64,000 nt of DNA from Macrostomum lignano (lineage: Eukaryota): assembly GCA_002269645.1 (NCBI GenBank), contig NIVC01000226.1, positions 2,210-66,209 on the forward strand. The letters are read 5' to 3'. Below are positions 46,517 through 57,984 of this stretch, piece after piece. The notes under the pieces were generated by a model. It did not search any database. It saw nothing but the letters and a program-made list of their open reading frames with translations, and was not told the origin of the DNA. Positions within the stretch are counted from its first letter, which is position 1, and each line of letters begins with the position of its first letter. Both the position numbers and the translations under genes were made by a program.

Positions 46517-49041
46517 TGTCAAGTCTTAAAAAAATTCTGCCTTGTTTTATTCGGCTGAATGAAATAAGACGACAAACGTATTGGCCAAATTACTTTTCAG
46601 TTATCCAAACTCATTCGGTCATCTTGAATTCTCTCACTGAGTAGAAACTATCTTATGCCTTATTTTATTCGTCTTAAAATATTCCGACAACATTGCGAGT
46701 AGACAATAAATTATTACTGCAAAGTAAATTGCAACAAAAAGACAACAACAATCCAGAACTGAATGAAGTACTCGTACACAAAATTAGTCAATGGACATTA
46801 TAATGTTATAAGGCATAATGTGAAAAATATGTTAACCGTAAATAGCTAATTTAGCCTGTCCTTTAGATAAATCCTGCACAGTTCACAATCATACACAAAA
46901 AAATTACGAGCATATGTTGAATTATCAAATTTCCTTATCGATTAAGTCCTACGAGCTTTCAAAATCTCCCATTAAGTTGACATTGGTCTAAAGCACAAAG
47001 TTACTAGTGAGTCAAGTTAAAAACCTTTTTTAGTCTCTAGTTCATACCAAGCATTTCGATTCTTTTAATTAGAAGCCTAAAACTACTGTCAAATAATAGA
47101 AATTCAAATTCTGTAGATCACCTATTCGTGGTATTTTTTCCGGTGGCGGCCATTGATTGCTGTAAATCTCCCTTAGTTGTTGCTTAGGACACGTTCGACC
47201 GTGTAAACCTTGGCGCACCATGGTGTCTACAGTTTGCCGCGTTTCCGATCGTCGCGGTCAAAGTTCCGCAGCAGCACCTTGTCTCCGGTTTTGATGCTGA
47301 GGCTGCTGGCAGACGCCAGACGCTGCTGATGGTACTGCTGCATAGCTTGCTGCGCCCGACGGATGCGTCGACGCATCAACTCAATGGTCCGCCCACGCGA
47401 TTCTGCCTTTCTCTCTACATGACGAATCGTGACGTCACCGACCATGGCAGCGTCTGCTGGTCCGATGCTGTCATGGGGAAGTCTTGGTTCGTTGCCGAAC
47501 ACGGCCTTGTAAGGCAAGACGCCAGTTGTCGAGTGCACGCGACTGTTGTACGCCAGAACTGCGCCATCGACATAATCATCCCATGCCGCAGAGTCAGAGT
47601 CCTGGTCGCAAATTTTGCGCAGAGCTGCGACTAAGCTCTGGTTGAGGCGCTCGCACTGACCGTTGGTCTGAAAGAGCATTGTCAGTTATTTAATATCGAA
47701 TACGAATTTATTCGAATTAAGACTTATAATTGAGAGAGCATGTAAGGGAAAAAATATTCACCTCACTAACCTGGGGGGGGATAAGCAGAGGTTCGTCTCT
47801 TATCAATCCTCTCAGACAAGCAGCTCTTCAGGTTGTTGTTGAACCCTTGTCCCTGATCGGTCAGCAAGATGTCGGGCCGGGAGAAGACGCAGAAGGCCTT
47901 GTACAGCTGTTTTGCGGCTGTCTGTGCGTCGTTCCTGCTGTGCGCTGACGCCAATGCAAATTTGGTAAATTTGCAGCAAATTGTCAGCAGGTATTGATTC
48001 CCAGTGGAGCATTGTGTTGCTAAGTTTACATTAAAATGAATGAGAGTATGCTAGTTTGATTTGATACATGTAACCACGAAAACTATTAATCTATTAATCA
48101 ATTACCTTTCGAAGATGACTCGAACCTGACGTAGTCAACGCAGACAAAATCGAATACTCGTTCGGCCATCAACAAAATTAAAATTGGCGTCAACTGGGGT
48201 TCGTTCGCCACGGCCCTCTTGTTGCGCTGGCAGACGGCGCAATTCTGAACGTACGGTAATCTTGCACAGATTTTGTGATGCCGTCCCAATGAAATCGCCC
48301 CTGCAGCTTCGATAGGGTGGACTTTATCCCCTGATGAGCTCCTCCAGTCACAGAGGTGTGATTCTTAAATTAATCGACACCGTTCTTCTTGATCTTCCAC
48401 CTCCAGGCGACACTCACTTGACCTATGGCGCTTCTTCTGACTGTCATCCCGAGCTGAGAGCTGATAGAACAGCTGCTGGCCCTCGTGCCTGAAGTTGCGC
48501 GCTTCTGCCGAACCTTGCTTTTGAAGTTGTTCTTCACCTTAGTTGTTGTCAAAGACGCAGGGACGTCGTATGCGCCACTAAGCAAGTAAAGTTTTATGTC
48601 GAAATACGCGACAGACATGTTTTTGTATTAGTACCTCAAAATAAGAAAGCCAAGTGCACGAAGTCCAGTTTAGTCGAAATATTTAAACTTGCAGTTATTT
48701 ATAGGCAACGTATTGCGTCACAAAATGTACAATTGTACGTATACTGCATAGATTTTGATGTACTGAAAGTCAGAGGACTTTAAAATTTTGTCAACAGACT
48801 TGCGGACGAGAATGCGTGGCTATAAATTTTCAGCAGTGTTTATGTAGGTGATATCAGATCACGGCTTAAACTGTGATTATTGACAGGTTTTTAATCTCGT
48901 AAACCCCAGAGAGAAATCAGCCTAGGAGTGTGCTTGGCATGACTTGTGTCGTGCCGTATGCAATCTGGGCCCAGATAAAATAACGCATCCAAAGTTATTC
49001 AGCCGAATACTTTTCTGCCTAGGATAATGGTTGGCATAACA
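46517..49041 (-). mobile_element. Ginger1-like DNA transposon (Gypsy-type integrase with introns), defective
   Basis: TGT...ACA ends flanked by CCGG on both sides (46513-46516, 49042-49045). Shared TATTCGGCTGAAT about 32 nt inside each end. Transposase pieces: MSVAYFDIKLYLLSGAY (YPYY-like), HQGIKST...CAVCQR (H2C2), VDYV, TDQG, SAY..QTNGQCERLN, WDDYVDGAVLAYNSRVHSTTG. Two ~100-nt introns; frameshifts and stops. Confidence 0.85.
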
Positions 49042-49165
49042 CCGGTGCCGCCCATCAAGAGACAGGGGCGCCCACCAAGAGACAGGGGCTCCAAACAAGA
49101 GACAGGGGCGCACACCAAGAGACAGGGGCGCATACCAAGAGACAGGGGCGCCCACTAAGAGACCG

Positions 49166-50625
49166 GGTTGCGGCACCCTCCAATTAGAATTCCTGCTTAC
49201 GCTTACGCCTCTGTCAATTTAAAAATTCATTTTGAAGCGTTTGAAAACAGACTCATATCTGCCCAATCAGAATTACCATGTTGTCGTGCGGTTATTTTTA
49301 CCGTTTAAAATATGATTCGCAGTCTTCTTAACTATATACCATTTTTAGAAGCGTCTTCACTTCATGATTAGGCAGCTGCATGTTCATTACGAAGACAAAG
49401 AAGTGCTAATCAGCAGTCGAAATAAGTAAAGAGCTACGCTTCCACATCAATTTTTCATGACAAACAGCTCGGATAAAAAATTGTGAAAATCGTTGGACTG
49501 GGTTAAACAGATATCCCATCAAAATTTCTACAATTAGAAAAAGTATAGAATATTAAAGCTTGCTGTCGTTAACTAGGGTGAGCGCGGTTAGGGCTTTAAC
49601 ATCTGAATTTTGCAGAGTCAGAAATTCACTTTAGATAGTCGAGATACTTTTCAGCACTTGTAGCTGCTTTGAACTTTTAATTAATTGACGAGAGTAGCTG
49701 TCTAATATGGTTTCATTGTTGGGAACTCTTGTCATTCGAATCGCCTCGTGACTCGTCTGGGTCTCCTCGATTGTCCCCTCTTCCGTCTTGAGCGTCTTGC
49801 TGCCGACCGCTTTGTCTTTGAACGCTGATCTGCCTAAAAATATCCAAGTGACGCAGATGCCTGCCCACTATAGTGTTCCTTGAGTTGTACTCGGTTGCCT
49901 TTAAGCGGAGAACGGAGCATGGTGCTTTGTGTTCGATTTGGACCAGTGCAAATTGTATTTAGACACCTATTGCGCAATCGCTAGTATTCAGGAGTTTTCT
50001 ATTCAAGCATATAGTTTGAAGCTGCGGCGCTAGTTAAAAGCTTTTCTCCCCTAACGTTTCTACGCTCGTATTCCATTTTTGCTACTAACTAGGAATTGGG
50101 TGCTCAAAAGAGTGAATAGAGCTCATTTCCAATAATAAACAAGCGACCCCCGATCTCTTGAGCACTCACATTACTCATCCAGAGTCTTGCGCAAAGGGAG
50201 CCGGAAGCCAAGGCCAGAAGCATTTGCTGCCTCGTCACTTTGAAGCCGCACAGGTGCTTCTCAAACAAAGACACAACCGGCCCGTATTCATTAACCAGCT
50301 TCGGGCAGTCCACTATTTGGCCGTTTGCCGCTGTGACACCCAGGCAGCGAGTCTGCACAAGCTTGTCCACAGCTAGTGACTTGGCCGAAGCCACCGTCAG
50401 GGAGTTGTCGTCGCCCTCCGGACACCGAATATAGCCCAGAGATGCACCTGCCGCCTCCTCCAGCTCTGGTGTGACAAGCTGACCCATTTTGAAGAGAGCA
50501 GCGGCTCTGAGATAGGCTTTGCCGACCTGAGCGCTGTCTGGAATCTGGCGCTCGACGTCCGACAAAAGTTGAGTCAATCTGCCAGACCGAGACCCGACCG
50601 GAGCTTCACTCCTGATGCTTAACCA
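49166..50625 (+). repeat. Segmental direct duplication, copy 1 (partner 62541-64000, continues past the window edge)
   Basis: Near-identical sequence at offset about 13375-13385, from GGTTGCGGCACCCTCC onward. Confidence 0.97.
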
Positions 50626-51902
50626 AAGCTCAGTTGCCGTCTGCATTGTGGAAGCGTATTTTGTCAAGCTGAAATCACTGCATTCCAGTAACTCTACTGC
50701 TAGAAGGTAGTAAGAGAGAAACGAAAGGAGAATCACGTTGACCTCAAATTTAGGCAGAGACTCTTTGAACGGTTTCAGGTCGCTGAGCAGGTTGTCTGCT
50801 GACTGACGGACGGCTGCTACAATCCTCGATTTTGAGTCGTGCTCTCGCTTGAAGAACACTCTGGCGTCACGCAAGAAAAAATGTCTCATGCAGGCGTCCT
50901 CGGAGTCTGAGCTCTCCATCATTGCCACGAGAATGTCCAACGAGTGCTGCACCAGCGCCAGCAGGTTGTCCGACTTCCAGTCCTTCGCCGGTGTCTCGTC
51001 GAGCATGTAGAACAGCAAGTTTTTGCCAACGTACGTCTTCAGACCGCTCACTCGGCTGCCGATCACCCTCTTGATGAGGAACTTGACGAGGATGAAGAAC
51101 TGACCCTGCACGGTGGTGAGATGCTGCATGACGGACCTTTCCAGCAGGGTTGTGCTCACTCGAAGTCGGCTGCCCTCTAGACCGGGCGGCGCACTGCTGA
51201 CGGCGTGGCACCTTGGCGTCTCGCCCAGCACCTCTTCTCTGAGCGCCCTCATGATGCCATCGGACATGCAAGTCCTGTATCCGGGCCGCAGCAGCTCGAT
51301 GTGAGGGTAGCCGCAGCAGGAATGCGCCAAAATCAGGTCGATTGCAGGCAACATCCGCGACACTTCGAATGCGATATCCAATATACTAAAAATGAAAATC
51401 TTGCTTGCTTGTAATTCGGCGCTAAAACTGCATTTTCAGGACAGATGTAGATGATAAATTTCGTTTCTGTACATATCTAAATTTCATATCTAATGCATTA
51501 GTATGATATTATAGCGAGAATTTCCTTACTGCGAACGCGTGCCTTGACGTGCCCGTCCTCGTACTTCGCAGGCTCAGTCAGCTCGCAGTCGTTGTGTCGA
51601 AATTCGGCCCGCTGTCCGTCAGCGACTTGCGGGTGAATGTGGATTTGCTGGCTCGCGTCTGTCATGATGTACGTCACGTCGATGTCGGAGTCTGGAGCGA
51701 CGTCTCCATTGATGCAGCACAGGTTGGAGCCCCAGCCGTCAGCGTAGCTGCCAAAGATGTAGAAGCTTTTAGCCAGCAATCGGATCAGCTCCTCAGCTGC
51801 CATTGCGAAGCCGCTCTGCACCGCTGCGTTTGTTGAGTGAAACCCGGCAGTCGCCATGGCTGAGGACAGCGATCGGCTGTGAGCTGCGAGGTCGTGCGCC
51901 AT
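50104..51902 (-). CDS. Mab-21/cGAS-like receptor (cGLR) nucleotidyltransferase with C-terminal helical extension; exons about 51530-51902 (or up to 51986) and 50104-~51407
   Basis: NTase signature FGSYADG...DSDID, a third acidic residue in AIDLI, and Mab-21 motifs CHAVS, LRVSTTLLERSVM, LKTYVGKNLLFYMLDETPAKDW, MRHFFL. Donor GTAAGG at 51529 (phase 1). The acceptor is ambiguous: AG at 51408 is in frame, while the stronger-looking AG at 51386 is not. Confidence 0.82.
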
Positions 51903-54086
51903 ATTTAAATACATCTCGTATAGGGACTTGCGAAGTTTTTCTTTGGAACAATTTTTGTTGCCTTTTGTTGTCAAACTTTTATACATTTATAGAGCTCTAG
52001 CTTTGCTCACAAATACAGAGTTGGATTGTACAGTATTTGGGATCCAGGGCTCAATTTCGGGTTATATACCTGAAACTGGCAACAGTCCTCTTTTTTAGTG
52101 CTTTGCTCAAAACGCGCGCTTGATGTCAATGTTCCTTGCTGAGTTCATTAGTATATTTAGGGCCCCTCTTTTCGCTCCCATCAGCATTTTCCCAGTTTCA
52201 TAAAGCTTATCTTATATATTTTCTAAATAGATTTCTACATAGAACCAGGTTGTCGAGCCGCAACACTCACTTTTTCTGTCCTGGGCGCCCGCACTAGAGT
52301 CCCGTTGGCAGCCTCAATTCAACCTTCACCCGTCTGCTTCAGGGTGGCTTCTCAATATGCAGGCATGTCTGAGGGCGACGTCTCAGTCCACAGATGTGAC
52401 TGCATGGCGCTCCGACTCAGTCTTCTGCTATTTCTCGGAAGATGCAGCTTTTGCTTCTATGCGCCCTGCCGTCCAGCGGATTTCTGCTTCAATTAATTAA
52501 TTTCTGACTCCTCTCCTTCCCCTGCTTTTCTTTCTGGTTCTGGGTCACCTTTCCCTCCTTTTTTCTGCTCATGCAGTGCTCGCGAGAAAACTGAGAGGTA
52601 GCTTTAATAATCCACCCAACCCTCGCACACCGCTCCCCCACTTCATTCCTCAACCCAAGTCTGCCGCGTGGTGTAGCTGAGTTGCGTCACTCGCGGAATG
52701 TTCTGTGATGGCGACTTTTCGATGTTTCTGAGTATATATATTTTCTCGTAAAACGGAACATGCTGAACTTTCTAGCAGCTTGTTTGATAGACAATTTTAT
52801 CTGTTTTTTTATTCAGAGGTACAAGTAAACTTTCTGTGAAGACTTCACTTTAGATTGTAGAAGATCAGTATACATGTACGCTTGATACGAGGCAAGCGAC
52901 TGCGATTTATATTGTAAATACTGAGCACGATACATTTAGTGGATAAGGTTTAAGGGTTGAGAACAAGAGTGTCCAGAATAAAGAACTTACATCAGTAAGA
53001 GCGTACATCAAGATATTGTAGAAAGGCGCCCACAGCGAAACAGTAAAAAACACCACACTAAAACACTAAATAAAGTGCAAGCTAACACCACAAACAAAAA
53101 TCAACCCAGCCAAGTCAACACACTTTGAATACCACAGTATCGTTAAACTCGCTCCTCATGTGTACAATAGCTCAAGAGTTCGAAAACTTTTTTACCTCAA
53201 GGGCAGGTAAAGAAACCTAACGACTGACTGAGGGTCAGAAGAGGGCAGAAAAGAGAGGGAGTAGCTAGAGAAGAGCGAGGAGTGATGGGAGAAAGGAGAG
53301 GCGAGGGAATAAATGAGAAAAGAGGAGACAGAGCAGATCGAGCTGAGAAGAGATGAGCCCTGATCGAGCAGGCTGAATTGCTATTGCAAAGTTTCAAAGC
53401 ACCTGAGGGGACCGGATAGAGAGGGGCTTAGCGGGTCGGAGTTTGCCGATCTCTAATCTGGTTCATATGCCGTGGACTTGCACCTTGCTGCGCACCGAAT
53501 TTGCTTCCTGGCTCCCAATAGGCTCCCCTTCCGGTGGCAAAATTAATACCTGCATGTTTATCGAGTGTTCGCTTGATAGATCTAAGGAATGGCGGATACA
53601 AGGACGACAAAAGTAACGTATATTTCTCGGAAGATGCAGCTTTTGCTTTGCTTTAAGTAGTCCTTGTCTAGATAATGATTGCTCGTAGATCAAGTATATA
53701 TTTCGACCATATATACCCAGCAACGTTAAAAAGTCGCCACTCTGTGCGCTAGCTAGTGAGCAATTTCTCTTGGACTGTTCTGAAAAAAAGATGCCAATAA
53801 AACTGATCCGGGTATCTTTAATCCGTCCCACCCTCGCACACCGCTCCCCTACTTCATTCCTCAATCCAAGTCTGTCGCGTGGCATAGCCAAGTTGCGTCA
53901 CTCGCAAGATTCCGAGACTTTACTTGCACTCTCAAAAGTGGCGAGTACAGCTAGACGGAGTGATGGCGACTTTTCAATGTTGCTGAGTATATTTCACCGT
54001 GTCTTTTCAGCAAGATTTTATTTACTAGTTCAAATAGCATCGCCTAATCTCCGGATTTTGGCATACAGAGTTAAAGGATTACAAAG

Positions 54087-55849
54087 ATGTCGTTGCTTTG
54101 GATTGCAATGGCGAGCTATAGCGGCAGATGCCCCAAAGGTTCTGACCCAACTGACGAATCAAGATCGACCAGTACCGATTCAAGTGATTCGGAAGTAAGT
54201 GAAGCTGACGCAGACGAGTTTCTGTCCGATGAGGAGTCGCCCGAAGTGTCTTTAGCGCCGTCAAAACTACAAGTAATTAATGAAATCAAGCCCCTACCAG
54301 ATCATGAATTTAGCTATAGCACTCAACATCCACACCCAAGGCGATGGCCAAGCGACTCTGTGCTGCGTTTGGAACCGCAGATCAATCCAAACTTTTCTTT
54401 CGACTCGCCAACGGAATGCGTCCTATTTTTTGCCCAGAGATGCTGTTAAGAAATTGTCAGAGCGACAAATGAGACTGGCCATCGCAGACTTGGCAATGAC
54501 TTCAAAGACTGTGATGTTGTTGAAATGGAAGGCTTCATTGGAGCACTACTTTATTTAGGAGCCCACAACATGCACAACGCAAGTGTACAGCAAATTTGGT
54601 CTGTCGACCCCTGTCATCCGATTCACGCTTTTTTGGTGACAGGCTTCTCGAGAAACAGATCTTCGCAATTATGGAGTTGTCTCTCGTTTGAATGTCGCGC
54701 GAGCCGGATTGCAAAGGCTGCCAGAGATCCGATTTACGGCATTCGAGCTCTGTATAGCACTTTTCAAGATCGCCTCGCAATGCCCGTCCTGCCTGGAGCC
54801 TACATTTGTATCGATGAACAACTCATTCGATACTATAGCAATGACTGCAGCTTTGCTGTCTTCATGAAGGACAAGCCAGCAGGAAACGGCCTGAAGTTTT
54901 TCATGGCAACGACTGCTCGAAATCCGATCGAAGAAAGCAGTGACACACTGCATTATGTGTACAAGTCAGAATTGTACACCGCATACAACAACCTGCTGAT
55001 GAAAGCGGAGAGCGGTGGCGTCGGCAAATACTAGAGTGGCGAGCAAGTGCTGCTTCGTCTATCCGACAACTTTGAAGGCTTTTGGGTAAACATTACCGCT
55101 GATCGCCTGCCACCTCAGTTCAAGGGCAACAAGAGACCAAGTCAGCCGGAGTTCCTTTATGACGGGCCTCTTACAGTCGTGCGTGCTCAAGCAAGCGGAG
55201 GACTGTAATTCTGTTATCCACTAATCACCATGACAGCCGACGTGTGCCTCCAAAAAACAAACCAGAGCTGATCCAGCACTACAACGCAACGAAGGCCGGC
55301 ACCGACACGATCAACAGAATGGTTACCACTATGAACTGCCATCGCATATCGCGCTGTCTTGAAAAGACAATTTTCACTGGACACATGCTCAATGTGGTGT
55401 GGATCAACGGACATACGGTTTACCGTCTTTCAGGTCACACGGGCCTAACTCGCAAAGAATTTCTCCTTCAAGCTGCTTCCGGGTTGCTTCCACCGCAGAT
55501 TGAACGCCGTGCGAATGACCCAAACCGGCATGTCAATTCATCTACGTAGTCTTTTCAACACGGTGCTGAAAATTCAACCAAATTATCAGCTATCTGAATG
55601 CGCTACCGCCGATCGGCCAGCAGGAGAGCGAGGGCGATGCCGACTGTGCAAGGCGGAAAGGAGCACAAGTGCGGAGAAGTACTCGCTGAAACGCGAAACA
55701 AAAATTGTGCCAACTGCGCTAGTTTCGTGTGCAAGAGGCATCGAAACGATGTCTACTTGTGCGACCCAACCAACAGTAAAAATCCAGCCAGAAGGAGCAC
55801 GATCAGATTTCCGGCCACGAATTTGTTGTGCATGTCATCAGAAAATTGA
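54087..55849 (+). mobile_element. Degenerate, internally deleted piggyBac-like transposase
   Basis: Acidic N-terminus, EGFIGALLYLG, PGAYICIDEQL, FMKDKPAGNGLKFF, KPELIQHYNATKAGTDTIN, RKEFLLQAA and a C-terminal Cys-rich RCRLC...CANC...CKRH. Frameshifts and stops; the segment after VNITAD (second catalytic Asp region) appears deleted. TIRs not found. Confidence 0.85.
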
Positions 55850-56269
55850 AGGATATTTAAAGATAATGAAAAACTTTGTCATCATTCTTGGATTTCTTGA
55901 GAATGTACGGTAGTAGCTATCATGCTTTTGCGCTAATTTTCGTTTCTTTTTTATTATAATACCAGTAATTATCTTTACTTGATCTTAAATTTCATTTGCG
56001 TGCCAGTAAATTCAATCGGTTTTTTTATTTTTTAAAAGCATAACCCTTTCTGCTTAAAAATTGGGTTCAATATTATAGTTGAATAAACTAAACAGCTTGT
56101 AGAATAAAATATGTATGTAGCTTCTATGTATAAAATATGTGTATTAATAATATAAATGTACAGCAACATGAGTTCAAGCTTAGCTAAAGCAATGTACGTG
56201 CTTAAAAAAATTTTAAGAGCTTCAGAAATGTTACGAGCATGACGACAAATCACGCTCAGGTGTCATTAC

Positions 56270-56700
56270 TCATCTGGTGCCACCTATTGAAGGTCCCGAC
56301 GGCGTCGGGGTGATGACTGAAGGCTCGATAGACTAGCTGAGAATGTCCGGTAGTTGAGGTTTTGCCCATTATTGAAGCTTGATAAAAAGAAAAACCTGAC
56401 ATATTTGCAACAGGATGTCCATAATCACCTGGTGTAATCTGTTAAAGGTGCCGACGGTGTCCGGGTGATGACGGAATGCTCAAGAGACTAGCTGAGGATA
56501 CCTAGCAGTTGAGGTTTGCCCACTGTCGAGGCTTGATCAGCGAAACTCGAGAAATTCGTATCAGGGTGTTCATAGTCAGCTGGTGCCACCTGTTGAAGGT
56601 CCAGAAGCTCCACATGGGTGAAGGCTGAAGGACCAACGAAGTCACAGCTGCTGATGCAGACACAGACACATCGACGAGCTATTGAAATTTGGAGACTTGG
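56270..56700. repeat. Three degenerate ~153-nt tandem units
   Basis: CTGGTG(C/T)...TG/ATT(G/A)AAGGT recurs at 56274, 56429 and 56580. GACTAGCTGAG and AGTTGAGGTTT(T)GCCCA recur in two units. Confidence 0.75.
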
Positions 56701-57163
56701 CAAGGCTGTGTTGAGGCGCAGTGCTGCTTGTCGCACAGGGGTGTACTGATCATACACTAGCACTTATGGGAAAAATCCGACATTCTGGCAGAATCGTCCA
56801 ATATCTCGACGGTCTGAAGGGCTGGCGACTTGATTCTTGTTTGAGCAGGTGCGCAAAAAAAGTTGGCCCGTGTTCTTGAATTTCTTGTGCCTGCGTTGCT
56901 CCGTTCCGGTGCAAAAAAATTGTCAGGGGGGGGGGGGGGGAACTTCCCCCCTCTTTGGTAGTTCGACGGGCGGAAAATGGCTTGGTATTCCTACTGTTAA
57001 TTACGAGCTCGTAAGTTAGGCTTAAAATTTGACTGCAACAGTTCTTTCAGTAGAATACGTGTATTTAAATCAAAAGCCCAGATTCTGAGTGCATCCGCAT
57101 AGCCAATTGGTTGTCAGTGGTTTCGTGCAGCAGGCACCGCATGATGATGCATAAGTATAGTTA

Positions 57164-57535
57164 TTATTTAGCAAAATAGCATCTCGAAGCGTCAGAATTG
57201 TCGCATGGTGAAAACACCGGTGAAAAAATTGGGCAGAACGAGCACTGATGCACCACCCGCTTGTCACAGGGGTCGCCCCAGTCGTGGCTGACCGTTTGGC
57301 CCATGCAGAACGTCATACCCATTTGGGTTACGAGTTCCTTGTAGTCTACGGGAATGAGAGGCTCATCTGCGCTCATTCCAAAATCGTTCATTAAGCCCCG
57401 GATCAGCGCTTCTTCGTAGCCCGGAACGACCTCTATGGCGTAACCTGGGTTGCAGTCGTAGCCGCGACTGACGCCTGCGGCTGCCACAAGCAGCAGCACG
57501 ACGACTCGAGTTCGAAATTTCAAACTAAAGTTCAT
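57164..57535 (-). CDS. Small secreted cysteine-rich protein, 123 aa, unknown family
   Basis: ATG-initiated GC-rich ORF in AT-rich flanks, with a signal-peptide-like N-terminus (RTRVVVLLLVAAAGVSRG), 7 Cys and a KR dibasic site. TATAAAA lies upstream on the minus strand. Confidence 0.7.
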   Translation of the reverse strand: MNFSLKFRTRVVVLLLVAAAGVSRGYDCNPGYAIEVVPGYEEALIRGLMNDFGMSADEPLIPVDYKELVTQMGMTFCMGQTVSHDWGDPCDKRVVHQCSFCPIFSPVFSPCDNSDASRCYFAK

Positions 57536-57608
57536 TGCTCAATCGTTTTTTTTCAGTGCTTTCACTGATTTTTAAATTGTTTAGCCTATAATCACGATAC
57601 ACGCTTGC

Positions 57609-57615
57609 TTTTATA
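57609..57615 (-). promoter_or_regulatory. Candidate TATA box for the secreted-protein gene
   Basis: TATAAAA on the minus strand about 75 nt upstream of the ATG. Confidence 0.4.
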
Positions 57616-57984
57616 TTGAATTCGACAGGAAGCAATTCGGTGATTTTTCCAATATAAATTTAATGTCTTCAAACTGGAGCGGAAATCATGCAAAGTTGAT
57701 TGTGCCGGTTATTGTAGCTGACCCGTAAAATTCTAACACACACAGGGGATACAGCTACTGCATGTAATAAAACACTGAATTCTTTAAAAGGAATTAAAAA
57801 ACTAAAAACTAAAAAATTAAAGAACTAAAAAATTACTCGTTTTGACAGAAAATGTTTTTAAAAACATAAAATGTTTAAATGCATTGACTAGAACGTTAAA
57901 ACAACCTCTGTTTTGGAAACATCAGCAATTCATGAATTTGTTAATTAAGAGTTTCCTTTGGTTACTCGTGAAAATTATCGACTT

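Noticed and set aside
43538-51986. PLSCR plus cGLR as an antiviral gene cluster
   Set aside because: The antiviral role is established for vertebrate PLSCR1 only. Adjacency of two genes separated by TEs is not evidence of co-function.
53400-53610. Possible Penelope-like RT/GIY-YIG remnant (YPPFLRSIKRTLDKHAGINF)
   Set aside because: A single short motif, with no RT or endonuclease core nearby.
56035-56075. piggyBac TIR candidates (TAACCCTTT; GGGTTCAA)
   Set aside because: No matching inverted partner or intact TTAA pair found.
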